Counted from the stretch's first letter, positions 26,255 through 41,793 are shown. The stretch: DNA of 64,000 bases from Parasitella parasitica NRRL 2501 (GCA_025201805.1 MU619293.1:69613-133612); one strand, 5' to 3'. Numbers and translations are program-made. Notes: a model not told the origin generated them from the letters alone.

Positions 26255-28099
26255 ATGACGACGCAACTGTTCAAGAGCGCAATAGCCAAGCCCTTGTCTA
26301 AATTGATGCCGCTTAGTCAAAGTCATATCATAAGAGCACTGCAAGCACCAAAGGCACAGCTGCAACATCAAATTTGCTTGCCTGTGCCCAAAGTATTACC
26401 GCAAGGACAAACAAACGCAGCTGCTTTCAGTCAAGAGCTGGCAGGCAAGGTAAGGTTGATTGATTCAAGCAAGCAGCCAATTGCATACTCATGTTTATGA
26501 TAGTTTGAACCGAATGCGTATATTGAAAAAGCAACAGCAGTGGGGTCGCTTTTACAGTTTGACGTGCGACCTGCCGAATACATACGATCGACGCTCACTC
26601 AGGTATTCAAAGAAAAAGATAGATATGGACATCATACACGGCCGGAAAAGCAGAGTGTCATAATAGATTTCAGCTCGCCCAATATCGCAAAGCCCTTTCA
26701 TGCCGGACACCTTCGAAGCACAATTCTCGGCAATTTTATTAAACGCATACATGATGCTAATGGATATCACACAATTGGCATCAACTATCTGGGCGATTGG
26801 GGTAAGCAGTATGGGCTGTTGGCTGTTGGATTCGACATGTTTGGCAATGAAGAGGAGCTGAGAAATGACCCTATCCATCATTTATACCAAGTTTACGTTA
26901 AAATCAATGCAATGGCAAAGAAGGTTCCTGAAATAGACAAACGCGCAAACGACTATTTCAAAAATATGGAGCAGGGCGATGAGAGAGCGCTCTTGCAGTG
27001 GCGACAATTCCGTCAGCTGAGCATAGATTCATACAAGCATATCTACAAACGACTCAATATAAATTTCGATTATTTCTCGGGAGAATCAGAAACCGAACGT
27101 TATATCCCAAAAGTATACGAGATGCTGAATAGTTATGGCTTGATAGAAACAACTGACGATGGCGCATCGGTTGTGAATTTAGACGAATACGCTCTTGGAA
27201 AACCAATTATCCAGCGTGCTGATGGCACAAGCCTATACATGACTAGAGATATTGCCAGCATTCTTTTGCGTCGTCAACTGTTTGGTGATTTCGATAAAGC
27301 CGTATATGTTGTTGGGACTGAGCAGGAGTTGTATTTAAAGCAGCTATTCAAGATTAGCGAACTGATAAATCGGCATGATCCCAGCTGGCCGACTGACCTG
27401 TACCATGCAAATTTTGGTAGGGTTTTGGGCATGTCGACAAGAAAGGGCACAGTGGTATTTTTGCAAGAGATACTGGATGCAGCACAGGAACGCATGCTGC
27501 AGAATATCAAGGACGGCAATCAGTATAAAATGAATGATTTGGATGATTTGCATAACGTAGCCGATAAACTGGGCGCTTCTGCGGTCCTTGTGCAGGATAT
27601 GGTTGCCAAACGAGTTAAAAACTACCAATTTTCTTGGGAGAGAATGACATCTGCGAAAGGCAACACTGGCGTTTTTTTACAGTACACTCATGCTCGTTTA
27701 TGCAGGTATGTCGCTTGGGGTTTTTTTTTTTTTTTTTTTTTTTTTGTGTGCAGGGAACGGTTTCTAACTCTTGGTAGCATTGAGAGAAATTCAGACGTCT
27801 CATTTGACTTGCAGACAGACGTCTCTTTATTAAAGGAAAAAGAAGCATTTGAGCTGGTATTGACTATTTCTCAGCTGCCAGATGTCACCGAAAGCGCCTG
27901 TCGTACAATGGACCCGTGCATACTCGTCCAATATTTGTTCAAGTTGGCTCATGCCGCTAGCCAAGCTAATAATATTCTCAGGGTCAAAGGAGCCGACACG
28001 GCGACAGCTGAAGCCAGGTTACTGCTGTTTTGGGCCGCAAAAACCACACTTGCTAACGGCCTGGAATTGCTGGGGATCGACCCTTTGAGCCGCATGTAA
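26255..28099 (+). CDS. RARS2: Arginyl-tRNA synthetase (probably mitochondrial type)
   Basis: DFSSPNIAKPFHAGHLRST (HIGH), NYLGDWGKQYG, GMSTRKG, LQYTHARL, C-terminal LSRM*; two introns. Confidence 0.93.
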
Positions 28100-28209
28100 A
28101 ACGAGCAAACAAGGTCACAGTTAAATAAAACCCACTGTTAGCAAGTCGCCATCGTTGCTTCAAGCTTTCCATAACATATAAAAAAAAAAGAAAAAGAAAT
28201 TCATCTAAA

Positions 28210-30954
<2,745 letters not shown>

Positions 30955-31074
30955 TAATGATAATATTAATAATAATAATAATAAAAAGCGTGCTTTTGCA
31001 TTGAATTCTAATCTGCCGTGCAACTACTATGCAAAACAGACTTTGCTGTTGTGAAAGTTTTATCACTTAAAAGC

Positions 31075-32068
31075 TTAAATTTGCTTATTTAGCCTTTGTT
31101 TTCTCTTTTCTTTACTTTTCTTCTGGGCTTTATCTATAAACAAAAAGTCAGAATTCCACCATCCAACATGCGCACCGCTTAATTGTAATAATTAACCTTT
31201 AGGCTTGATGGTGATGATGGGAGTTGCAATCACAGTTTGGCTGTAGGCTATTTGATCAGCTGAAGTATCAATTACTCTGTCCATCCAACGGTCAAATATC
31301 TTTGGGTATTGTTGAGTTGCTTTCATAAAATGCCCATCATCATTGCTAGGGCTTGAAGCGATTGGCAGGTTCCAATTATGATCGTTTGAAAGACTACGAC
31401 TCGCTGCATCTCCAATTTCCGTAAAAGCATCATTGATATGATGTAAACTTGTCAACTACGTAGTGTTAGCCATTGGGTTTTAAAAATAGAGCGTTTAAAT
31501 TTCTCGTTTATGTATGCTGTGCAATGTATTATGAACGTACCAGTCGGTTTGCTAGTACAGAATAAATGGTTGGTGCCTGGTACACGTTCGCTCCCAGAAT
31601 GTAGTATACAGCTGTCAGGTTTGCTTGATCCAGCCCAGGTCCTGTTCTGAATCGTTTTTGAATAATCCACAGTGGAGGTTGTTCATGTTCGACTGAGAAT
31701 TCGACTCCAATCATGTTGCTAAAAAAAAAAACGATTGATTGCTCGAAACGTATCAATTGACCCTACACCTTACCGAAGAGCTTTATCTGCTCTCTCAAAC
31801 GGCTGTCTTAATCCTCGGTACACTGTTTGCATGTGAATGATTTCATTATTGCAGTGTCTATCCCAGAAAGGAGACATGGAAAAGTAGTCGAGTGCAATTT
31901 GTCTGTCTTGTATACCTCCCACTCTCTGTGGGTATTAAAGACGGCACGATTACGAGAATCATTGTCAGTCCTTGCTGTTGGGGCAAATACGCTATCCTTT
32001 GGTACCTCTATCCATTCTGTATCCCTCCATTCAATGCTAGTAGATTCTATGTCTTTAGATTGCTGCAT
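31075..32068 (-). CDS. MED6: Mediator subunit Med6
   Basis: IEWRD, LDYFSMSPFWDRHCNN, GVEF...PPLWIIQK, YYILGANVYQAPTIYSVLANRL; five exons. Confidence 0.92.
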
Positions 32069-32608
32069 TGCTATTATTGCTTAAATCAAAGAAAAGAGTC
32101 CCTTTATCATGCGGAAGCAGGCAAGTGACCAGCAAATTGGTTCCTCCTCGACATTGGCATTGAATGCATATATTATGTAACTTTTTTTTTCAAGTAGATG
32201 GCACAGATCTATGTATCAATACTCGTACAAACAGAAAAGAAAGTGGAAAATTTCGCAGGTGCTATTCTGGTACACGGCCAAGTTTGTATTATTGATTAAA
32301 GGAAGCTTGTTGATTCGTTACCCAGTTGGCAAAAACCAACTCGAATATATATTGTATCTTGGTAATAAATCAGATTGCAGATTTCGATGCCAAAAGAATT
32401 AGCCTGAACCAACGGATGTTTAGTTTTGCACCTCGCCTGTTATAAATAAAAATTGGACATTTAGAATGGCATCGATATACTCCAATGTCAACAATTGCTC
32501 AAAACTGAGTTCCAACAGGAATTAGAAGCACCTGAAAAAAAATTTGTCGTAAAAAAAAGCACATAAAAGATTGCTTTTTGACACATTAGTTCTGCAGCAA
32601 CCATACCA

Positions 32609-34663
32609 ATGTGCGGTATTCTGTTTGCATTGGCAACTCATGAGCGGCCTATTCAGCAGACCGAATGGGACATATTAAAAAAAAAAAAAAAAAAAAGAGG
32701 TAAAAAAAGAATAGATGAAAAAAAAAAAAAAAAAAAAAAAAACGCATTTTGGTTACATGCTCATACTTGAATAACAAGGACCTGATTCACAACACCTCCA
32801 GCAAGCACACATGTGGAACTGCAAGAAGCAAGAATTTGACCTTCGCTTCTTTTCTACCGTACTTCACCTCAGAGGCACAGATGTGGTACCGCAGCCCCGC
32901 TGTGATCGCAATACAAAGAATACGCTCTGCTGGAACGGCGAAATATTCGGCGGCATCGACGCACGTATTTCAGTAAAGCCTCGTTGGTGGCAAGTTTATT
33001 AACCCATTTTATGACAGGTAGCGTTTAGTGAAAACGACACGCAGGTTTTGATGGATACATTGGAAAACGCATCTACTGAAATCGAGATACTTTCAGCGTT
33101 GCAATCGATCGAAGGGCCGTTTGCATTCGTATACTACAGAGTCTCTGCCAGGAAAATCTACTTTGGCCGTGATTGTCTTGGCCGCAGATCTCTGTTATGG
33201 CTGCGATCGGATAATGGCGCTTTCATGCTGAGCTCGGTTGGACAGCAAAAGACAGATAAAGACAATGCAGATGTCTGGGAGGAAGTGCCTGCTAATGGTA
33301 TCTACAGCATTGATCTTGACGCGGGTATTCTAGATGAGCATGATCAGAGCGCAAGCCTGCCTATTGCATGTGGGATCGCATTACATCTATTCCCTTGGAC
33401 CTATGTAGAGAAACATGACAAGCTAGACATGTTGAAGCAAGGAAAACTAGTAATGTTGCAAATCCGGCAGAAAGCGTATAGACTGACAACAATGAATCTG
33501 TAGAGCTTTCCTTTTCCCAGACTCAATGCCGTTCTACCCAACCTCAAAGTCATCACAGAAGCAGAGAAAGACACGGAGCCTGCTATAGATGATCACGTGC
33601 AGAAAGCGATCGGAGACTTTAAGGCTGTGCTGGGCGAATCAGTCAAAAGAAGAGTGGCGGATATACCCTATTTAGAGTAAGATGGCTATATGTTTTCACC
33701 AGACTCAGCAGTGTTTATTGAACCATCTCATCCAGTACAAAGGGGCAGGCTCGGATAGCGATTCTGTTCTCTGGAGGCTTGGATTGTATTTGTCTGGCTG
33801 CACTAGCAAACCAGTACTTGCCCATGACCGAACCTATTGATCTGTTAAATGTTGCCTTTGAGAATCCGCGTGCAGAAAAGGCTAAATCACAGAATCTCAA
33901 AGCCAATAAGCCCAATAAGCCCAAGAAGCCCAAGAAGAAGCAATGCCAGGAGGAGCAAGTCAACCAAGCAGAGCAATCCACTTACAACACGCCTGACCGT
34001 CTCACAGGGAGAGCTGGGGCGCAAGAGCTGAGACACATAGCGCCTGCTCGTACGTGGAATTTTGTAGAAATTAATGTGCCTTATTCAGAGGCAATGGAAT
34101 ATCGAGAGAGGATCATCGATAGAATGTTCCCCTTGGATACTGTTATGGATTTGAGTATTGCCATGGCATTTTGGTTTGCATCTCGAGGTAAAGGAGTTGT
34201 TTGTACGGCTGATCGCGACGTGGACTACGAAAGCCACGCCCGTGTCCTCATATCTGGGCTGGGTGCTGATGAACAGCTGGGTGGCTATTCGAGACACCGC
34301 GAGGCCTATCGCCATGGCAGTTGGGAGAGGTTGATACAGGAAACACAGCTGGATATCGATAGAATATCGACCCGTAATCTGGGCCGTGATGATCGAATCA
34401 TGTCAGACCATGGAAAGGAAGTTCGATTCCCCTTTTTGAGCACAAACGTTGTTGATTGGCTCTGTAAACAGCCTATTCAATTAAAGATGGATTTGAGATA
34501 CAATCGAGGCATTGGAGAAAAGATTTTATTAAGACATTTGGCTCGCGAGCTGGGGTTAGTCCATGCAAGTCGGAATTGGAAGAGAGCAATACAGTTTGGT
34601 GCAAAAACAGCCAAAATGACAGGCGAATCAAGGTCTGAAAAGGGGCAGCACAAGCTAATGTAA
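32609..34663 (+). CDS. ASNSD1: Asparagine synthetase domain-containing protein 1 (YML096W-like)
   Basis: MCGI N-terminus, RGPD, VLHLRG, WNGEIF, GRDCLGRRSL, LFSGGLDC, SGLGADEQLGGY, RNLGRDDR, KRAIQFG. Confidence 0.92.
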
Positions 34664-35235
34664 GAATGGATCAATGGCCCGCTTGTAATCTGGATGTATG
34701 TGCTCAACGAGCTCTTCTTTGGTGAGCCATGCAAAATCCACAATTTCTTTGCCGTCAGGCTGGCATTGACCATCGAGCCAATCTGCCCTAAAGAATGATA
34801 CCTGCATGATCGTATTCGATAATCAATAATAAACCCCTCTGCAAAGCAAATCCACGTTATTTATACGTATACCTTGGCGCCGACTGAATCATCCCATCGC
34901 TTGAAGTTGGGTGGAAATTTGTACTGATATGCGCCAATGGGCGACACATCGATGAGCTTTACTTTGAGGCTGGAGCCGCACTCTTCTCTCAACTCTCTAA
35001 GAGCAGTTTCGGACAAGGACTCGCCAGGATCCTGGCCGCCCTGAGGAAACTGATATGCATGACGCTTTCTAGGTTTCTTGACCAATAGGTACAGCGTCTC
35101 GGAGGATTTGCGGAAAACGTTCTTGACGTCGGATGTAGAAGGCCTAGCTTCGTTTAGTGGCAAACGTCTTAGCACAATGCTGGACACTGCACGATAGACT
35201 TCCCCCATTTGCAGAGTTGTTGGCCCTCTGCTCAT
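34655..35235 (-). CDS. Nudix-fold protein related to mitoribosomal mL46 (~169 aa)
   Basis: Exons 35235-34873 and 34801-34655; IVLRRLP, RKSSETLYLLVKK, FPQGGQDPGESLSETALRELREECG, GAKVSFFRA, DFAWLTKEEL. Confidence 0.8.
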
Positions 35236-35373
35236 TTAGTAATGTAAAAAGAAGAGAGAAATCGCACTTTCAAACGTTGGAGATATGGATTGCCGGGTGT
35301 AGAGGTGGCTTATTGACGAGTAATACCACACAGTTACACTTTTCTGGCTTTCTTTTCTTTTGCAATTGTCGAC

Positions 35374-37058
35374 ATGTCTAAAAGCCAAGTAAAAATCAGG
35401 AACGAATCTGAAGCAATAGATCCTCAGTCGTTATTTCAACAATTTGCGCCTAAAATTTACTTTGAAGCGCCAAAGATATCGTCTAAAAAAGACTGGCTCA
35501 TCATGGCTGACCAGGTGGTGCCAGTGACAAAAGAAGCTTTTTGGGGAACCATTGTACAGTAAAAATTAAGAATGCTTTTAAAAATAGCATTGAATGAGAG
35601 CTGCCATGTATGTATAACAAATCTAAAATTAGAGACGCTGGACAATGGAACCACAGTTTGTCATCCCTCCTGTGGAAAGGGCAGAAATTATATCAAATGT
35701 TAACAGTGAGGACGGCAATCACAGCGGTTTATCTGATAAGCCCTTGGAAACAATCTTGCGAAAGCTTATCCCCAAGCGCAAATCAAAGGACGCTATATTG
35801 GTGGAAAAGATTGAATATTTCGAAAACGGTAACTTTTTTGAGATTGATCCTCGTGTGCAGCTTTATATTTAACCATCATTGTCAAACTACACAGACAAGG
35901 AAGCTAGAGTCGTCTATGAGCCTTTGGATTCAAAATTACCATTTTATTATCCAAAAGTAGGAGTTGTTTGAGAATGTGTATAATCGCTAATAATGGTTTT
36001 CGACAGGTAAAAGCGTATAGTTTCGTATATGACTCAGGGACATTTGATGAGCAAGTCAATTATTATTTTGGCATAAAAAAAAAAAAAAAAATGAGAATTT
36101 AATTAGCCATTTTACACATGTAGAAATGACAATGAGCAACAGGGGACGTTGAGGCTTGAAATCACACCATTGGACACACTCAACCCATCTGTAACAGACC
36201 CAAAAATGGTACCAAGCTGTCAGTTGAGCAATAACAAACATTTTAAACTGACTTTTTGTTGATTAACTGCACCAGCAATACGCTTTAAAGACTCTTCTAC
36301 ACAAGCTGTTTAAATGGTGCGTTCAAAATAGATTGGGCTATACGAAAAAAGCCCATCATGACGTCCTGGTGCCAAAGGAAACGTACCAGCTAATGTATCA
36401 ATATATGAAAGCTAAATACGGCCCTCAGCTAGTAACGTAAGTTTGATTTACGCTGCAACGCAATTAATTTACAATGTTTGATTAGCAACTGGACTGAGCA
36501 AACGGACCCCAAGAAGTTTGTGTATGAGGACATAGCCATTGCCAGCTATTTGCTGTGTATATGGAAGCACGAGGAAGAGAAAACCAAGAGGTATGCAGCG
36601 ATATTGCGGAAACATGTCATCTCATGCGTTATTTAATAGAAAGCAGAATTTCATCGATTTGGGCTGCGGGAATGGCTTGCTGACCTTTTTGCTGTCTGGC
36701 GAGGGATACGAGGGTTATGGCATTGACATTGCAGATCGCAAAATCTGGCCAGCCCTAAGTGGGAAGAAAAAGGACATGTTACGAGGTAAGGAGAACATGA
36801 TGCTGGTTGCATTAATCAACTCAATTATGTCTACATGATTAGTGCAAGCGCTGTATCCGGCCAAAGCAATATATCCCAATACCGAATGGTTAATTGGGAA
36901 CCATGCAGACGAACTAGTACCATGGTAATACATATGCAGCATGTCTATCTATAATTCGAAAATGCTTATTTATTCATCTTACATGCAGGATCCCCATCAT
37001 TGCAGCTAAATCAGGAGCTAATTGCAAGTAAGGAGCTTATTCGTGTACTGAAGTATCG

Positions 37059-37093
<35 letters not shown>

Positions 37094-37428
37094 GGTTCAT
37101 AGTAATCCCCTGCTGCTTCTACGGTCTCGATGGAACACGCTCATTATCTCTTCCATTGTCTGCAACGGTTGGTAAATATAAAGCCTACACTGACTACGTC
37201 AAAGACATTGCCTTGAAAGCTGGGTTTCATGTTGAACAAGACTTTCTCAGAATCCCTAGCACCAAAAACATTGCCATTATTGGCAGAACCAGGCAGGAAG
37301 ATCAAGATGATAATGAACTAGCAGAATCGATCACTAGAGCGAGCCAAGCATTTGTACCTCGCAAAACAGACCGGGAAAAAGAAGAAGAAAGGCAGGAGTC
37401 TTTAAAGAAGCCAAAATTAGAAAAATGA
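35374..37428 (+). CDS. TRM44: tRNA (uracil-O2'-)-methyltransferase Trm44
   Basis: RKLIPK, LPFYYPKV, HDVLVPK, WTEQTDPKKFVYEDIAIA, FIDLGCGNGLL, IGNHADELVPW, IPCCF, LRIPSTKN; multi-exon with one GC-AG intron. Confidence 0.92.
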
Positions 37429-37535
37429 AAGGACATATTGCAACTTGATTATTATAACTCATGAGCTTTCTTTTCTTGTGTTTGCTTTTCTTTCTTTCGT
37501 CCTTTCTTTCTGTTTTCTCTCCCTTTAGAATAAAC

Positions 37536-38672
37536 ATGAAAGTCGCTATTTATCATTCAGTTCTATTTGCCTTGATCCTGCTTCAAGCAGCCTCTTTTGT
37601 TCAACCACAATTGCTGAACAATGTGTCTCACGTTTTGGGCGACATCACAGACCCAAAGCCCGATCCTCCCTCGTCCTCGTCGCCTGTCCCTTCTTCATCA
37701 AAAGAAGAATCGCATCCGCCTTCATCATCGGCAGCAGCGCCTCCACCAGCTGCTCAGACATCCAGCGCTCAACCCACAACCTCACAGCAACAGTCATCTC
37801 CGCCGCCAGCTCCCACTACATCGCAGAAGCCCTCAGTTGATCCAACTACTGAAAAGAACAATACACCACCACCTGCAACGAGCAACGCTCCCTCAGCTAC
37901 TCCTAACAAACCTGAAACCTCCAACAATCCAACTGCAAACGATAGCACAAACACATCTGCACCACCTGCTCAATCGACGTCTACCACAACGACGTCTTCA
38001 GGGGGAGGAAAGTCAAAATCTGGAAAGTCCACGTCCTCTACAGACGATGTCTCTAGCAGCGCTGACCCCTCCTCAAGCCTTCCCTCCTCAACCAATGGAT
38101 CCAACCGATCTGTCGATTCTAAGGCCGATAAAAACGATTCAGGTGCCAAAACAGGTACCATTGTTGGTGCAGTTGTTGGCAGTATTTGTAAGTATTTATA
38201 CTCGTCTCCTTTTTTTTTTTTTTTTTCTTACGACTGACCCTTTCACAACCTCCTTTAAAGTCGGAGTCGCCTTGATTGGAGGTGCATTGACTTGGATCAA
38301 CCGTCATGGTGGATGTGCAAAGCGCAATAACAAACGCTCGACTGATTTTGAAGACTACGGGCTAGCAGACACTGATTTCCCTCACCATCCTCAAATGAGA
38401 TCACCGGGCATGCAAACCGCAAGCCTTGCAAACAGCGCTGGTATTGGCGGTGGAGCAGTGGCAACCTCAGTAGCAATGACTCCAAAATTGGGCACTAGTG
38501 CAACCTCTCCTACCATCCCACGTCTAAATGACCAAGGCACATTCTACGGCGGCAGTGCAGTAGAAGATCCTTATAACAACCCTCAGCAACAATATGTGCA
38601 ATACCAGCCTGTAGAAGGCGATACGGGTCGTCCCATTGTGGACTACAACAATGTCCCCATGGATTACAATCA

Positions 38673-38703
<31 letters not shown>

Positions 38704-38795
38704 CAACAACAACAACAGCCCTACTATTACCAACAAGCGCAAGGAACCAACAATAATTATTACGATGAGTCTGCTTACTATTATGATGATGGCAC

Positions 38796-38829
<34 letters not shown>

Positions 38830-39000
38830 ACACAAGCCGGTGTTATCAATCACAGCGCCAATCCAAGTTATGACATGACTGGACAATATAACCTACACCA
38901 ACCTGCATATCCTGCTACAAATGTTAACGTCCCTACCGGAGATAACTTTTATAAGCCTGATCAGGTCGATACAAATCCTCATTATCAGCGCATGCAATAA
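37536..39000 (+). CDS. Single-pass Ser/Thr/Pro-rich cell-surface protein (Mid2/Wsc-like sensor architecture) with polyQ tail
   Basis: Signal peptide, mucin-like S/T/P stalk, TM (IVGAVVGSIFGVALIGGALTWI after intron 38188-38260), Q/Y/N-rich cytoplasmic tail with CAG/CAA tracts. Confidence 0.8.
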
Positions 39001-39329
39001 GGAATATAGATTCTCTGCACACCTTTTAGTACACATAATTTTCCTTAACGACTCTATTACATTGTAACACATTCCAATATATCCAAATATATCTTTTGCA
39101 ATCAAAATATATTCATTCGTCTCTGACCGTCTCCTTTGTCTGGCATGTTCATTATTAAATTTTTATCCATAAATATACAAAGAATTAGGAGGGCCAAAGG
39201 ATATGTACATTTTTAGTAGCAAAAAGACTATATGAATACCGTGTATATAGCATTATTATTCATTATAAAGATGGGTATTGCTTCTTTTCGCCTGCTTATT
39301 CCGCTTAATTCGAGTAATCGTATTTCTTT

Positions 39330-39366
<37 letters not shown>

Positions 39367-39391
39367 NNNNNNNNNNNNNNNNNNNNNNNNN

Positions 39392-39437
<46 letters not shown>

Positions 39438-39859
39438 TTTTTTTTTTTTTTTTCTCCAGGAGGATTGTACACTATTTTTCTTATGCATATAATGCATGTA
39501 GCTGCAGACATCTTACAGCGAAACAAAGCAAACTGGCGTCAAATCACTTTGTCTTGGACATGATGCGCACCCTTTGCTGACCGTTTTCTCGTCGGCTATG
39601 CATAATTTATACAAAAAGCCTTCAGAAAAAGAAAATATCTCTGTGGTAATCTGGTTAACATGCACGAAAATTTTCTGATGGTGTGCTAAATAGATATATG
39701 TCAAAGCGAGAATCTAGAGAGATCCGAGATGATTATGCAATATAAAGTGTATAGCAAGTTACACCAGCATATTTCAGTTTTGTAAAAAAAAAAAAAAAAT
39801 TGCTTGTTCAGAGCACCCCTATTCATAAAAGCTTGATACAAAGACTGTCTTCCTCAAAC

Positions 39860-40600
39860 ACTATTATACAATAAAGGATGCTTTATTTGAACAGGCTTTT
39901 CTTGGGTTAATTTTGTAGCACTTTGCCAGAGCTCCTTCTTCGTGCATTGAGCGGCTGCTTTTCACGTTTGGTTCTATTAAAAGCAAAATTTGATTTGCTT
40001 TGATTGAGAGCTCAGGCTGGAAGATGTAAGGGCCTGCACAGAGAATATATGTAGAGCTTAGTCACTACACCGACATTGCACGTTAGTTGTAACGATCAGA
40101 ACCGCAAATAGTATTAAACTCATAGTAATAGTGGAATCCGTACAATTTGATATCTTTTCAAGACAATAAGCTTACACCAGCTTTCTGCTTCACAATAGTT
40201 CGGTATATGCATTTAAAATTTTAGCCAGCTTGTTTTTGTCCTCAAAGTGAGTGGTGTTGACTTTTTGACTGGAACCAGAAACCTCGACTAAAGCTACCTT
40301 ATAGTTAAAAACTTGATTGAGTATATTTCCATCCAATTTAGCGAGGCTGGTGGCTTTTCCTTCAGAATTTAGTAAAAGCCTTTCTGCATTTCAAGGCAAT
40401 TCCTGACGATGAGTGGCACTTTAACAGACGCAGGAAGATTGGTCGGATGAAGGAATATTGGTATGCTGCCTCGTTAGCTTTTGCTTTATAAAGCTCGATC
40501 TTCTCCTTTTCTAAACCAGTGCTACAAAAGTTGCTTAGACGACTGGATATACCTTCAAATGGTTGTAAATGCATTTTAATTCTTTGTAATTATGATCAAC
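39860..40600 (-). pseudogene. Decayed gene of a Mucoromycota PD-(D/E)XK-like (Crinkler/REase-type) family
   Basis: Minus-strand fragments ANEAAYQYSFIRPIF, KLDGNIL...VALVEVSGSSQKVNTTHFEDKNKLAK and IKLYGFHYY, broken by stops and frameshifts. Confidence 0.55.
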
Positions 40601-41793
40601 TGTTTTTGTTCTATAATCGTTGTAAATCTATCATGCTTCTCTCTCTCTCTCTCTCTCTCTCTCAATACTATATTTGCCAATGGCATCTGTTGTAAGACAT
40701 TAAACAAAGGATACATCGCTAAATTGATACATTGTTTTGTTGACATGACATGAACCTCATTGATTGTGGTTTTATATCTAGTGATTCGGTATGAGTCCAG
40801 TACCCATTCCAGCTTCACTCTTTTCTATCACTCTTTTGTCTGCCACAAAGAAAGCAGTGCTATGTGGAAGAAATAGCCATCAAGATATTCAGCTACGTCG
40901 ATTCCACAGCACGTTGGACACAATATAGGCTAGCATCTTAATACTGGCTACATTCAGCAAATAGAGTGATACTTGAAGAGCAAATTGTCCTCAAAGACCT
41001 TTTTGGAGCGCATTTTCAGAATTACTTGCTTCACTCCTACAACTGAATGTTTTGAGGGCTACGGCTCAGATATACTTTACGCAATCAACTTTAATGCTTC
41101 CAGCTCCCCATCACCAAATTTTCAAAGGACTGACGCCTAATACCTCAAACCTCAGTTGTTTTCGACAATGTAATTTAATACGCGTTTCAATTCCGGCTAG
41201 TCATAGTATTCTGGAACAAAAGTACATTATGGATTGACTAGACGGTTTTGAGGTCTTGGCACCACTTGATTTGAAGATGAGCATCAGTAACCTTACAAAA
41301 GTAGACAAGGTGTTGATGCATTTCAGTCATTTAAGGGGAACTGAGTATACATTTATATTCAGATTGCTGTTTCCGTGATAACAGAAGAACAAACTAGAAC
41401 GGGTGGGGGAGGGGAGGGGAGGGGGCTACAAATAATGTAAAGGTTGTGAAAAGCTTAAAGACACTCAGAATCTGTTTTAGCGATGCTTTTCAGTATTTAG
41501 TGCCCAAATACACCAATGTCCAGATCTTTGAAGCGGTAGCGGCGCAAGTCGAATCGCCTGAACGTATCGCCAAAGCAATTTAGAGTGAAGCAAGTGTCAC
41601 ACTTATCACGGGTGGTAGTGGCAATGCTAAATTTACAAATGCCATTACCTACAACGCAACTATAGAACAAATGCATGAATATCGATTGAAATTTGATGAC
41701 GGAGAAGGATTCATCTATCATGGACCCGAAACAAAATATGACGAATGATGCCTTTAAAAGCTATTTATTGGTTTGAAAATGAAAAAAAAAGAC

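Noticed and set aside
38510-38886. Antisense poly-Ala/poly-Leu ORFs
   Set aside because: Shadow frames of the CAG/CAA tracts in the sense gene
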